From the NCBI RefSeq assembly GCF_039654945.1, contig NW_027361751.1, positions 29,450,001 to 29,514,000 on the forward strand: a stretch of DNA of 64,000 nt, written 5' to 3'. Shown here one piece after another: positions 53,066-64,000 of this stretch. The stretch comes from Dendrobates tinctorius. Lineage: Eukaryota. A program made the position numbers and the translations under genes. The stretch's first letter is position 1. Each line of letters opens with the position of its first letter. A model generated the notes under the pieces. The model was given only the letters and a program-made list of their open reading frames with translations. It was not told the DNA's origin and made no database searches.

Positions 53066-55758
53066 TACATACACCCCCCAACACTTCACACTGTTACAGC
53101 TGCTGACTGGACAGGCTGCTCCCATCAGTATTTGTGTCATTAGAGACACAGTGCTCACACGTACACTGCACCAAATCTGCTGCTGTGTGAAGACATCAGT
53201 GACACAGAGCTGTCTCATTCACACAGCAGAGGCTTTGTCACAGAACAGATTACATCAGTGACTGCCATCCCCTGTGCAGATTAGAAGCTGCAGACCCCCA
53301 TCACTGGCCATCTCACAGTCTGTTCTCACAGCTGCCAGCAGCCTGGGACAGTGAGGGAAGGAATTACTGATAATGAGTTATGTATTGTAATCATGGAGTG
53401 GCCCAGAATACAGGACGATTTTCCCTCCTCCTCACTAGTTTCACTTTCCATAGATCACTGTTCAGCTTGTATCTGGGGGAGGAGCAGCTGGGTGGTCTGC
53501 TCTCTGCACTGAGGCTGCTAGAGGGGGAGGATTTGTTACTGTGTGATGAGGGCTGCTTCATGTGGACGGGGAGGGCCTGTAGCTATGGAGGGTGGGGTTG
53601 TTGCTATAGAGGGCATGTTTGGAGTAGAGTAGGAGGTTACGACTAGTTCTCATTTCAATGCCAGAACACCCCCCCTTGGACGCTCTGTTCAGAATATCTA
53701 GAAAACCGTGCAAACTAGTGACAGAAAGTAAATTACTTATTGTCATAATTCTGCAGCCCAGATATGTACTGAGATTATGTGAAAAGCCCGGACAACCCCT
53801 TTAACTTCAGCTCAATCCTTCCTAGTTCGTCTCTCCACGTCCACACTCTTCCCCCTCGCTGCACAATCTTCTGACTAACTTCCCTTTCCGGGCCACAGAG
53901 AGCAGCTCCTCAACAGTTTGTTTGAGCTCCCCCTGCTGGCCTGGAGTGGAAACTGTGCTGTGTGCTGGAATTACCTGATAGAGATCCTTCATTGCTTCGA
54001 AGCATGACATCACACTCCCTAGGAGAGAGGTAATGCCACTGTGGCAACCGTACTCCTGAGGGCGCCACATAATTCTATACTATTCTCTGTCCTGCAGAGC
54101 ATCTCACCAATAACTCGCTACTGTTTTCCTGTGGGTATTCATGTCTGTGGGCAATTTTCTGTGGGTATTTTTCACATATCATGTGAATATCCTCACTTTG
54201 CACCTCAAATATCATAGATCTGAAACTTTGTGATGCAGCAATTGGAAATTTTCTATGTGGGCAATTTTCTGGTCACCACGGTTTGGCAGTGGGTAATTGT
54301 GTGGGGAGGCATTTCTTTGGAGGGTCACACAGCCCTCCATGTGCTCGCCAGAGGTAGCCTGAATGCCATTAGGTACTGGGATGAGATCCTCAGACCCCTT
54401 GTGAGACCATATGCTGGTGCGGTTGGTCCTGGGTTCCTCCTAATGCAGAACACTGCCAGACCTCATGTTGCTGGAGTGTGTCAGCAGTTCCTGCAAGATG
54501 AAGGCATTGAAGCTTTGGACCGACCTGCCTGTTCCCCAGACCTGAATCCGATTGAGCACATCTGGGACACATTATTCCATCCACCAATGCCACATTGCAC
54601 CACAGACTGTACAGGAGTTGACTGATGCTTTAATCCAGGTCTGGAAGGAGATTCCTCAGGAGCCCATCTGCCGCCTCATCATGACTATACTCAGACATTG
54701 TAGGGAGGTCATTCTGGCACGTGGAGGCCACTGTTACACGTAGTATATGGCTTCAGGGGTGTGGTTTGCAGAGCAAGAGGAACGGAGCTCTTAAATTTTA
54801 AATATTTAATCCGGAAAGGTAGGCAGTCTTTATAGGAAAAAAATACACAAAACTGATAAAAAAAAATGGGAACAAAACAATACTGTATATAGAATCACAT
54901 AAAATAAAAGGGATAACAAAAGAAAAGTACTAAATTTGTGTCACGGAAATGGCTCAGTGCTTACCGGAGGCAGGTACTCCTTAGGAAACGGGCAGAACCC
55001 ACAGCAAGCTGTACCTTCCAGAACTGACAAGACCAAAACCCAAACTCTGATTTTTATTAGATGAAGGGTATGCTCTCATACCTCCCCTTCGTAGGCTCAT
55101 ATAGGGGCTGGTTGTAGAATGTGCTAGGTCTTTTAGAATTTTACGAGATCCCCAAATTTCAGGATATCTTCATCCCAGGAGATACTGTCACATTTCCCAT
55201 CACGATTTTACCTTTCTATAGAGATGAATCATCGCATGGATGGCACCATCTATCTGACCATTATTAAGTTGGATCTGTTCAGCCAGCCTTATGGTGATGT
55301 GAGTGAATGTGGTAGGTTTGTCCCTTCACTACGACACCAAAAATAGATCTCCCATAAATTTTGGATCAATGAAAACCCAATATTCATTACTGATCACTGG
55401 ATCCAGGATGTCTAAATCCTTTGAATAGAGGCAGCTCTTATCTCAGAAATGTACTTCTGTGCCTCTGAAGTACACAAATCCAAGCCTCGGTGGCTGGTTC
55501 TCAAAGCAGATCACTGCTCTAATTACCTGCTCATGACAGCGAGCCCTACTCCAAAGGAGGTTGCAGCATTAGCTCTTTTTCATTTCCTCAGTCATAATTA
55601 ATCCCATATGGGCAATATGAGGGTGATATGTCCCTTCTCCGGAGAGGGCTGTATTTTTTTTTTTCTCTGTGACAAACCCTGCATAATGTGCAGGATTTCT
55701 TCAAGACTATTTGAGGATCCTACAGAAAATGCTGCAGACTAACAAAACATCTGGCTTA

Positions 55759-56197
55759 GGCTACTTTCACATCAGCATTTTTTAGCGCAGCGCTTCATGC
55801 GGAATAGAAATGCATGCAAAAACCGCATCATGCGTTTTGCATGCGTTTGCGTTTTTTAGGCGCATTTTAACCAGTTTCAAGCAATGTTAACTCTTAAAAC
55901 GCATGCGTTTTTTAATGCAGGCGTGCGCATGTCTATGGGAACGCAGGCGTGCGCATGGACTGTAACGCATTATTTTGTCGCAAGTGTGCGCATGCTTTTT
56001 TTTACGCCGTTGGACGGACTCAAAAATGCAACAGGTTGCGTATGGCGCGCCTAGGCGCACACCTTAAAAAACGCATGCGCACAAAAACGCATATGAACGC
56101 GTGCAAACGCTAGACCATGCGCACGCCATGTTAAACATAGGTGACGCATGGACGTGCACGATGCACTGCGCAAAAAACCGCTAATGTGAAACCAGCC
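55759..56197. mobile_element. PIF/Harbinger-type MITE
   Basis: TTA|GGCTACTTTCACAT ... ATGTGAAACCAGCC|TTA. Confidence 0.8.
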
Positions 56198-57054
56198 TTA
56201 GTGTTGCTAGTGTATTTCTGAAATGGTGTTTGGGCAGACTTTAATCAACATGTAATGCGCAAACAGACTTTCATGCTAAAAGCTACCGTCGTAATTTTGA
56301 GCCGTACGTGTAATTAGTTCACTCATTTTGCGTCTAGTCCTCCATATGGCGCCGAGTCTGAAAGATGCACTGCCACACTTTGCTTCCATCCCTATCTGCC
56401 ACCGACATAACTACGTGTAGCGCTGGCAAATCTTGCACATGCGAGGAGGCTACGTAGCGAGGCGCATGCGCTAGGTTTTTCTCATGGAAATGCCCACACT
56501 AGGTTACAGCACACACGCTGTCCTTCGACACTGTACACCCTGAAGTGATCGGTTGTACATCAATGAGCGACGTAGGTGCTGCACTGCTGAAGCGTGTCCT
56601 CACACCAGACACCTTATGGCGCAAAGTGAGCAAGTGTAAGATTTTCTGCCCAGCACCTAACGTAAGAAAGACAGCAGCTATCAATCAATAGAGAGGCTGT
56701 ACCAAGCATGTACAAACTTAGAGAACACGCTCCTTGAAACACGCTTACTAACATATGGACTGCTCCGGGCAAACCGCGCCCCATCACATAATCGTGATAT
56801 ATGTTACCGTATGTGTCCTGTGGAATTGCTGGTACTTAGCAGTGTCAGTGAGAAACATTTTTGCGGTCTAGGACCCAAGTATGTAAATGACTTGGGACGA
56901 AGCACCTAATGCTTCATTTGCATATGCAATATAATTTATTTTTCAGGAATAAAGTCACAGAGAGCAAATAGAAAGATGTCAATGCATTAACCTTTAAGTT
57001 ACTTATATGAGCATATAAACAGTTCAGAGGGGTTAAACTTGCTAAGATTCCCTT

Positions 57055-57324
57055 TAGAGACTGTCATCACAAAATGACTGTTCAAACTAAATTCATGAGC
57101 TTGGTGCACCCATGGTGCGGACAAACCTTTACGTGCACCTTCCGACCTACTTGTTTCCATCTATCTCTTCTTCTACAGAACCAGAGCCATCAAAGAAAAG
57201 AGCGTGGGTGGAGATAGAAGGAATATAAGTAGCTTGGGAGGAGTATTAATGGTTTGGCCACATCAAGGGTGCACCTAGATCCTGAGCTTGGTTTGAGCAG
57301 TCATTGCATGCTGACAGATTCCCT
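57055..57324. mobile_element. T2-type MITE
   Basis: CTGTCATCACAAAATGACTG ... CAGTCATTGCATGCTGACAGATTCCCT|TTAA. Confidence 0.65.
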
Positions 57325-58942
57325 TTAACAACTCTGCGTAAATCCCACATATTTCATGAGATACGTTTTATCAGCATGATAAGAAAAAACCATTATCTTC
57401 TTCATATGCAGCCGAGACAGTAAGAAGACAGAGGACGCGCCATTCTTGCCAACATTGTTCTGTTTATTGTTAACTCGTGTGCGAAAGGCAGAAGTTAACA
57501 GAATGAACATAAGGCAGTGACTGTATACTTTATATGGTTCAATGGTCATCGGTAAGGACCTTCTGTATGATGCAATGTACAGATGAACAGCATGGACTAA
57601 CCGCAGACATTGGTTTTGTTTCTTTCGGAATTTAGACAGTAAAACGTGGTGCAAAAGAGGGAATAGCGCCATCACTCTGTCAGTGAAGCAAATGCCGCAC
57701 CTAAACTTCATTAATGGCCGTACTCCTTTCTAATATAAAAGTAAAAAAATGAAACTCTTAATTATACAGTAATTATCCATATGCACTGTACAAGCGGAAG
57801 ATGGAGTCATGGGTGAGTATTTCACAGTAGATGCAGGCACCTTGGACGGCAGTAAGCAGCCAAGTCCGGTCTAGAGTGTACCTAAGAAACTATGGAAGGA
57901 GCAGCTGTATCACAGGAGGCGGGAATTCCTCTATATCTATGTGCAAACCGACAAACACCAAGGGCAGCTCCATATGTACAGCGCCCACATGGTGGCGAAC
58001 TACAGGACCACAAGCGCTCTGTGCCAATGTGGAGGCTACATCTATCCGCACCGTATGATGGAGGCGCAATGCTCCTAGCGCACGTCTCTGGAATACGGCA
58101 TCTGATGGAAAACGCCACAATTGCACTCAGAACTATGGCAGAAAATTTAATAAAAATCATTATAAAGTCAGAGGTGTACAGGAAAGGCACGGCCATGTTA
58201 CACCGGCTGGCACGGAGGTGTGATACGGTCACGGGCATGACCCCCAAAAGTTTTGTGCTTCGTATTCATCTACACCAATTACGCGATCTGCTCTCATTAT
58301 TGCACTTTTGCGGCATTTTTAATACATTTTCCCCTAGTTTTCTACGTTTTGATGCAGTATTTAATGCATTTGTTATTGCAAGGACACCGGGATTCTGCAG
58401 ATAAGAATACAACTGCGCTATTTACATTCATTTTATTCAGGCTCCACGTAGAAAGGGAAAAATGTTTAAAAAAAAAAAAAAAAGCTCAGTGGGTACGAGT
58501 CTTCCTGAAATCACATCCGCTTTGCTTTAACTGTTACATGTTCAGCATTTGCTGCAGAAAGATCTGCTGAAAATAATGCAGTGTTAGCATTAGAAACACT
58601 GCGTAAAATAAGCCCGTTCCTTTTCTTTGGCTACAGTTTTGCATGTGCTTTCATTCCCTTCCCCATTCATTTTAATGGGTAAAAACCGCTGCGAGAATTT
58701 ACATGAAACAGATATAACACTGCTTCAAATATGCATAGAAAAAAAAAAAAAAAATAGGCAACGGGTGCAGGAAATCTCATGCACTTTGCTGGTACGGGAA
58801 AATGCTGCATGAGAACATTGCTCCTGAACGCTGCAGATTTTCTGCTACCAAGAAATGTGTTTATGAAGCGGATAAAAACTGTTCCATATACAATCTATTC
58901 AATGCCCATATTCGAGAACGGCATTATTTATTGCATGACTAC

Positions 58943-59215
58943 GAGTGATGAGTGAACGTGCTCCTATAATGTGTTATCTGAGCATGCTCTGCTGCTGACC
59001 AAGTGTCTTTGGCGTGCTCGAATAATATGCTCGAATCCCCGCGCCTGCATGCCTCGCCGCTGTTCGACACCCGCACCACATTCAGGGATTTCCTGTTTGT
59101 TTGACATCCACAACACAAGCAGGGATTGTCTAACAGCCGTGAGACATGGAGGCACCGGGGATTCGAGCACAAGGAAGACACTCGGTCAGCAACCGAGCAC
59201 GTTCACTCATCACTA
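58943..59215. mobile_element. hAT-type MITE
   Basis: AGTGATGAGTGAACGTGCTC / GAGCACGTTCACTCATCACTA TIRs. Confidence 0.72.
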
Positions 59216-59674
59216 GAGTACATACAGCCATGTATACGGATAGAATGGAAAGGTGGATTGTCCTATTAGGCCTCAAATGCTCCACATTTGTGAACTGTAT
59301 GGAAGTTTGCGCAACCACATATACCTCTGAAATTACAGAGAAGGCGGGGGAGGGGAAAAGGCTTTCCATCAGTTTGCCATATGACAGATAAATTGTTCCC
59401 TAAATGTACGCAGCCCCCTACACCGGTATCCGGCGGGTAGTGCGGCCATCTTTTGAGCGCATGAGAACCACACGCTTATGGGCATCTGATCATACAAGGA
59501 TTCGGGTTTGACGGGCTTAATAATAGCTGGCAGCTGTACAATTTACATTATGTCAACTCAACGGAGAGTAGAGACTGAAGTTTAAAAAAAAATAAAATAA
59601 AACATTTGTAACTTCTTGGAGAAAAATTGGGAAATACCAAAAAGGAGAAAATTAAATAAAAGTATTTATATAAT

Positions 59675-61173
59675 TTTTGTAAGTTTCCCCACTGACAAAG
59701 ACATGAACAGCCTATAAATTTAAGGGTAGGTTAATTTTAACAGAGAGATAGAATATTAAAAATAAAATCCAGAAAATCACATTGTATAAATTATATAAAT
59801 TTATTTGCATTTTGCGGTGAGAAATAAGTGTTTGATCCCCTACCAACCATTAAGAGTTCTGGCTCCTACAGACCAATTAGACGCTCCTAATCAACCCGTT
59901 ACCTGCATTAAAGACAGCTGTCTTTGCATAGTCACCTTTATAAAAGATTCCTGTCCACACATTCAGTCAGACTCTAACCTATACAACATGGGCAAGACCA
60001 AAGAGCTTTCTAAGGATGTCAGGGACAAGATCATAGACCTGCATAAAGCTGGAATGGGCTACAAAACCATAAATAAGACAATAGTAAGAAAATGGAAGAA
60101 ATACAAAATGTCTGTCAATCAACATCGATCTGGGGCACAGGTTCAAAATCTCACCTCGTGGGGTCTCCTTGATCATGACAAAGGTGAGAGATCAGCCTAA
60201 AACTACACGGGGGGGGAACTTGTTAATGATCTCAAGGCAGCTGGGACCACAGTCACAGAGAAAACCATTGGTAACACATTACGCAGTAAAGGTTTTAAGT
60301 CCTGCAGTGCCCACAAGGTCCCCCTGCTCAAGAAGGCACATGAACAGGCCCATCTTAAGTTTGCCAATGAACACCTGGATGATTCTATGAATGATTGGGA
60401 GAAGGTGCTGTGGTCAGATGAGACAAAAATTGAGCTCTTTGGCATTAACTCAACTCGCCGTGTTTGGAGGAAGAGAAATGCTGCCTATGATCCAAAGAAC
60501 ACCATCCCCACTGTCAAGCATGGAGGTGGAAACATTATGTTTTCGGGGTATTTCTCTGCTAAGGACACAGGACTACTTCACCGCATCAATGGGAGAATGG
60601 ATGGAGCCATGTACCATAAAATCCTGAGTGACAACCTCCTTCCCTCCGCCAGGACATTAAAAATGGGTCGTGGCTAGGTCTTCCAGCAAGACAATGAACC
60701 AAAACATACAGCCAAGGCAACAAGGGAGTGGCTCAAAAAGACGTACATTAAGATAATGGAGTAGCCTAGCCAGTCGCCAGACCTTTATCCTATAGAAAAC
60801 TTATGGAGGGAGTTGAAGCTCCGAGTTGCCAAGCGACAGCCTCAAAATCTTTATTATTTTGAGATGATCTGCAAAGAGTGGGCCAAAATTCCTCCTGACA
60901 TGTGCACAAATCTCCATCAACTACAAAAAAAGTTTGACTGCTGTGCTTGCCAACAAGGGTTTTGCCACCCAGTATTAAGTCTTGTTAGTCAGAGGGATCA
61001 AATACTTATTTCTCACTGCAAAATGCAAATAAATTTATATAATTTATACAGTGTCATTTTCTGGATTCTATTTTCGATATTCTATTTCTCAATGTTAAAA
61101 TTAACCTACCCTTAAAATTATAGACTGTTCATGTCTTTGTCAGTGGGCAAACTTACAAAATCAGCAAGGGATC
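59675..61173 (+). mobile_element. Tc1-like transposon, decayed; right TIR runs into the assembly gap
   Basis: [16 protein letters not shown]..., [11 protein letters not shown] and [10 protein letters not shown]; TIRs about 59675-59840 and about 60995-61173. Confidence 0.88.
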
Positions 61174-61339
61174 NNNNNNNNNNNNNNNNNNNNNNNNNNN
61201 NNNNNNNNNNNNNNNNNNNNNNNNNNNNNNNNNNNNNNNNNNNNNNNNNNNNNNNNNNNNNNNNNNNNNNNNNNNNNNNNNNNNNNNNNNNNNNNNNNNN
61301 NNNNNNNNNNNNNNNNNNNNNNNNNNNNNNNNNNNNNNN
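61174..61339. other. Assembly gap (166 N)
   Basis: Run of N. Confidence 0.99.
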
Positions 61340-61710
61340 TCAAACCAACAGCGAAGAGTTGACTGATATGATTCTGCCCCTGGCCACCTGCTCTGTTCTG
61401 TATAACCTCTGTTCTTCCGTATGGCACATCCTGCAACAAATATAGATATATGATAAACTGTAGCTTTACACTGACAAAACGCTGGGGTTTTATTAAGGCT
61501 GTGCGTAACGAAAACATGTCGGGTCAGTAGCCTTCAGGAAGGCACATAGGAGCTGTGCACAGCGAGTCCATAATATCTGTACCTGTACAATCACCGATGA
61601 ATTAGGCAAGCATGCAAGGAGCTTCCAACAGCAATATGAAATTTTGGATGACAAAAGAAAAAAAATAAAAAAAATTGGAGGATTACCTCCGGTACAAAGT
61701 TTTAAAGTTA

Positions 61711-61716
61711 TTTATT
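61711..61716 (-). terminator. KIF2A: Candidate KIF2A polyadenylation signal (second candidate at 61489-61494)
   Basis: AATAAA on the minus strand about 320 nt after the stop codon. Confidence 0.45.
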
Positions 61717-62037
61717 AAAATAAAAAAAAAATGACAAAAAGAAAAAAAAAAAAAGACAAACGAGTGGAAAATGAGACACTGAATAAAGTATTTTGGACAA
61801 AGTGCCTTGTAGTCCCTACCGATAAGTTTGTGCCGTTCAGATCTGAAGGCGTCAGTGTAGTGGTTAGCCCAAAACAGTTATCCGTTCAAGAGAAAGAGAA
61901 AGGACATTTCCACTGACGTTATAAAAAGTTGACTTAACGGTTCAAGTAATGGGGTTTTACGGCCACAGTTTAATAATAATAATGCTATGTTACAGGAGAA
62001 AGTTCTTTATACTGTCGTCCTTCATTCAAGCCTTCCC

Positions 62038-62157
<120 letters not shown>

Positions 62158-62587
62158 TCAGACATCGCATGTGCCATAAATATCGGACAGATCTATCTTA
62201 GGGCCCCTCCATGGATGGAGAGGTATTCAATAGCCCCGCACGTTATGCCGTAAATGTCTCAGGATATCCCTTTAACCACTTTAGGACCTGGCCATTTTTC
62301 CTTTGTGCGCTTTAGTTTTTACCCTGTCCTTTCTCCGAGAGCCAGAACTTCTTTTTTTATTTTTCCTTACTGACGCAGCCATATCAGGGCATGTTTATTT
62401 GGGGACGAGTTGAAGTTCTGAATGACTATCATATAAAGTACTCGACAAACGGGGGGGAAAAGATTCCAAGTAGCATGAAATCGAGAGAAGAAATGCAATT
62501 CCACCATTATATTTTGGGTGATCAATGGTAAAATGACCTGGTGTTCCAATTCTACAGGTCAGTACGATTGCACTGAGGTCAAACTTG

Positions 62588-63787
62588 CTCCAGAGAACAT
62601 GCCCCCATATGCTGCTCCATAGATTATGCCCCCCATATGCTGCCCCATAGAATATGCCCCCATATGCTGCTCCACAGATTATGCTTCCATATGCTGCTCC
62701 ATAGAATATGCCCCCATATTCTGCTCCATAGATTATGCCCCCATATGCTGCTCCATAGAATATGCCCCCATATGCTGCCCCACAGAATATGCCCCCATAT
62801 GCTGCTCCATAGAACATGCCCCCATATGCTGCCCCACAGATTATGCCCCCATATGCTGCCCCACAGAATATGCCCCCATATGCTGCCCCATAGAATATGC
62901 CCCCATATGCTGCCCCATAGAATATGCCCCCATATGCTGCCCCATAGAATATGCCCCCATATGCTGCCCCATAGAATATGCCCCCATATGCTGCCCCATA
63001 GAATATGCCCCCATATGCTGCCCCATAGAATATGCCCCCATATGCTGCCCCATAGAATATGCCTTATAGAATATGCCCCCATATGCTGCCCCATAGAATA
63101 TGCCCCCATATGCTGCTCCATAGATTATGCCCCCATAGAATATGCCCCCATATGCTGCCCCATAGATTATGCCCCCACATGCTGCTCCATAGATTATGCC
63201 CCCACATGCTGCTCCATAGATTATGCCCCCATATGCTGCTCCATAGATTATGCCCCCATATGCTGCTCCATAGATTATGCCCCCATATGCTGCTCCATAG
63301 ATTATGCCCCCATATGCGGCTCCATAGATTATGCCCCCATATGCTGCCCCATAGATTATGCCCCCATATGCTGCCCCATAGATTATGCCCCCATATGCTG
63401 CCCCATAGATTATGCCCCCATATGCTGCCCCATAGATTATGCCCCCATATGCTGCCCCATAGAATATGCCCCCATATGCTGCCCCATAGAATATGCCCCC
63501 ATATGCTGCCCCATAGATTATGCCCCCATATACTGCCCCATAGATTATGCCCCCATATGCTGCTCCACAGATTATGCCCCCATATGCTGCTCCATAGATT
63601 ATGCCCCCATATGCTGCTCCATAGATTATGCCCCCATATGCTGCTCCATAGATTATGCCCCCATATGCTGCTCCATAGAATATGCCCCCATATGCTGCTC
63701 CATAGAATATGCCCCCATATGCTGCTCCATAGATTATGCCCCCATATAATATGCCCCCATGTGCTGCTCCATAGAATATGCCCCATA
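62588..63787. repeat. 27-bp minisatellite (ATGCTGCCCCATAGAATATGCCCCCAT), about 44 copies, in the KIF2A last intron
   Basis: Directly visible; source of the 9-aa repeat ORFs. Confidence 0.96.
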
Positions 63788-64000
63788 AAAAAAAACAAAA
63801 AAAACATGCCATACTCACCTCTCCTGGGTCCATCGCCGCTGTCTGCCGCTTCTTGTGTCAGTGACTGTTCAGCCAGCAGAGGGGCGGCGTGCACTAACCA
63901 CGTCACCGCGCCCCCTGCGGCCTAAACGTCACTGACACAGGATGCAGCAGAGACAGCAGTGAGCAGCGATGGACCGGGGGACAGGTGGATATCGCTGTAC

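Larger units (their letters stand above)
48549..53800. mobile_element. T2/Kolobok-type fold-back element with about 640-bp inverted arms
   Basis: TTAA|AGGGGTTGTC ... GACAACCCCT|TTAA; left arm 48549-48818 plus 50919-51290 mirrors 53160-53800. Confidence 0.9.
47787..54069. mobile_element. Solo LTR (about 1.0 kb; pieces 47787-48548 and 53801-54069), inverted relative to 11620-12719
   Basis: TG...CA termini; 4-bp TSD TAAT within a satellite unit. Confidence 0.8.
44514..54277 (+). mobile_element. Mutator/Phantom-like element with long TIRs and a FLYWCH remnant
   Basis: About 135-bp TIRs with tandem GAAAATTGCCCAC subrepeats; 7-9 bp target duplication; decayed FLYWCH at 46504-46730. Confidence 0.72.
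42842..54740 (+). mobile_element. Tc1-like transposon (family of 17100-18664) fragmented by nested insertions; pieces 42842-42899, 43761-44513, 54278-54740
   Basis: TA|CACTGCTTAAAAAGTAAAGGGAACACT left TIR; pieces are colinear with 17100-18385; right TIR not seen. Confidence 0.85.

Noticed and set aside
54745-55740. Possible further LTR or retroelement replacing the right end of the outer Tc1
   Set aside because: TGTTACA start seen, but no matching end, TSD or recognisable coding motif
57892-58404. 170-aa ORF
   Set aside because: No recognisable domain or splice context; overlaps MITE-like sequence
61171-61340. Abrupt Tc1 TIR truncation next to the KIF2A 3'UTR
   Set aside because: Caused by the assembly gap, not evidence of a biological junction
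61802-61808. GTGCCTT miR-124 seed match near the KIF2A 3'UTR
   Set aside because: It is on the plus strand, whereas KIF2A mRNA is the minus strand
62395-63925. Keratin-associated-like or Gly/Tyr-rich repeat ORFs up to 370 aa
   Set aside because: A 27-bp tandem unit keeps frames open on both strands; it lies in a KIF2A intron

Overview
Vertebrate genomic DNA, most likely a frog (inferred from the repeat repertoire: TTAA/AGG T2-Kolobok MITEs, V-SINE, Passport-like Tc1). It holds the KIF2A-DIMT1-IPO11 block. IPO11 is on the minus strand (probable non-coding exon 1 near 22937 plus two coding exons; the gene continues off the left edge). DIMT1 is complete on the plus strand (12 exons, 23294-35961, 306 aa, all GT-AG) and lies head-to-head with IPO11 across a CpG-rich promoter. 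The last coding exon and 3'UTR of KIF2A are on the minus strand near 62 kb. Most remaining sequence is transposon-derived: seven Tc1 copies or fragments, L2 and L1/Tx1 remnants, solo LTRs, hAT/Harbinger/Kolobok/piggyBac-type MITEs, a Helitron, Penelope-like remnants and six or more minisatellites. Highlights: (1) a 7-level nested insertion at 42.8-54.7 kb built around a Mutator/Phantom-like element with a decayed FLYWCH domain; (2) a Tc1 one nonsense codon from intact; (3) an inverted Penelope-like structure with a hammerhead-like core in DIMT1 intron 7; (4) a MITE with intron-like splice signals in both arms. Family assignments come from motif recognition, not database searches. No prokaryote-type system (CRISPR etc.) is present.
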